Below, piece by piece: positions 34,291 through 34,309 of a DNA stretch of 34,309 nucleotides; position 1 is the stretch's first letter, and each line of letters opens with the position of its first letter. The position numbers and the translations under genes are program-made. The notes beneath the pieces were generated by a model that worked only from the letters and a program-made list of their open reading frames with translations, searched no databases and had not been told where the DNA came from. This DNA comes from Patescibacteria group bacterium (GTDB lineage Bacteria; Patescibacteriota; Minisyncoccia; Phycocordibacterales; Phycocordibacteraceae). The stretch covers positions 413,524 through 447,832 of the forward strand of contig JBBTSZ010000002.1 in assembly GCA_038064495.1 (NCBI GenBank), read 5' to 3'.

Positions 34291-34309
34291 TGAAGTGGGG
34301 GGGGGGGTG

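Noticed and set aside
1-34309. CRISPR array, rRNA, transposase, integrase or reverse transcriptase
   Set aside because: No regularly spaced repeat-spacer array and no ORF with the relevant motifs seen; repeats are dispersed or tRNA-derived.
1-34309. TGA-recoded genetic code (code 25)
   Set aside because: Conserved genes translate full-length in code 11 and recR ends at TGA.
34296-34309. Terminal poly-G run as a phase-variation or G4 tract
   Set aside because: It lies at the window edge with no context and may be a terminator arm or sequencing artefact.

Overview
This looks like a Patescibacteria/CPR (Parcubacteria-like) chromosome segment in genetic code 11. The assignment is inferred from the minimal dcw cluster, truncated holB, two mreB paralogs and many leaderless genes. 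The backbone is housekeeping: recR end, rplU, rmuC, yqeY, truB, cfa, mraZ-rsmH-(ftsL)-ftsI-murF, greA, frr-rseP-proS-mreB-mreC-(mreD)-mrdA, holB, second mreB, murA, def, fmt, hpf. Small orphan genes with their own sigma70 promoters and terminators sit between these. The unusual parts are: (1) tRNA-Asn(GTT) split at position 35/36 by a 554-nt group I intron carrying an HNH endonuclease; (2) a GIY-YIG gene bracketed by a duplicated tRNA 5' end; (3) the same 'tRNA 3' end - hairpin - antisense copy ending at the T-loop - direct copy' structure behind both tRNA genes; (4) a probable remote DGR target gene; (5) three ~124-bp palindromic repeats, each abutting a TAG stop; (6) an 18-bp motif shared by three promoters; (7) a candidate ~190-nt structured ncRNA; (8) an alphaproteobacterial-type PEP-CTERM gene. 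All calls are by eye; no searches or folding programs were run.
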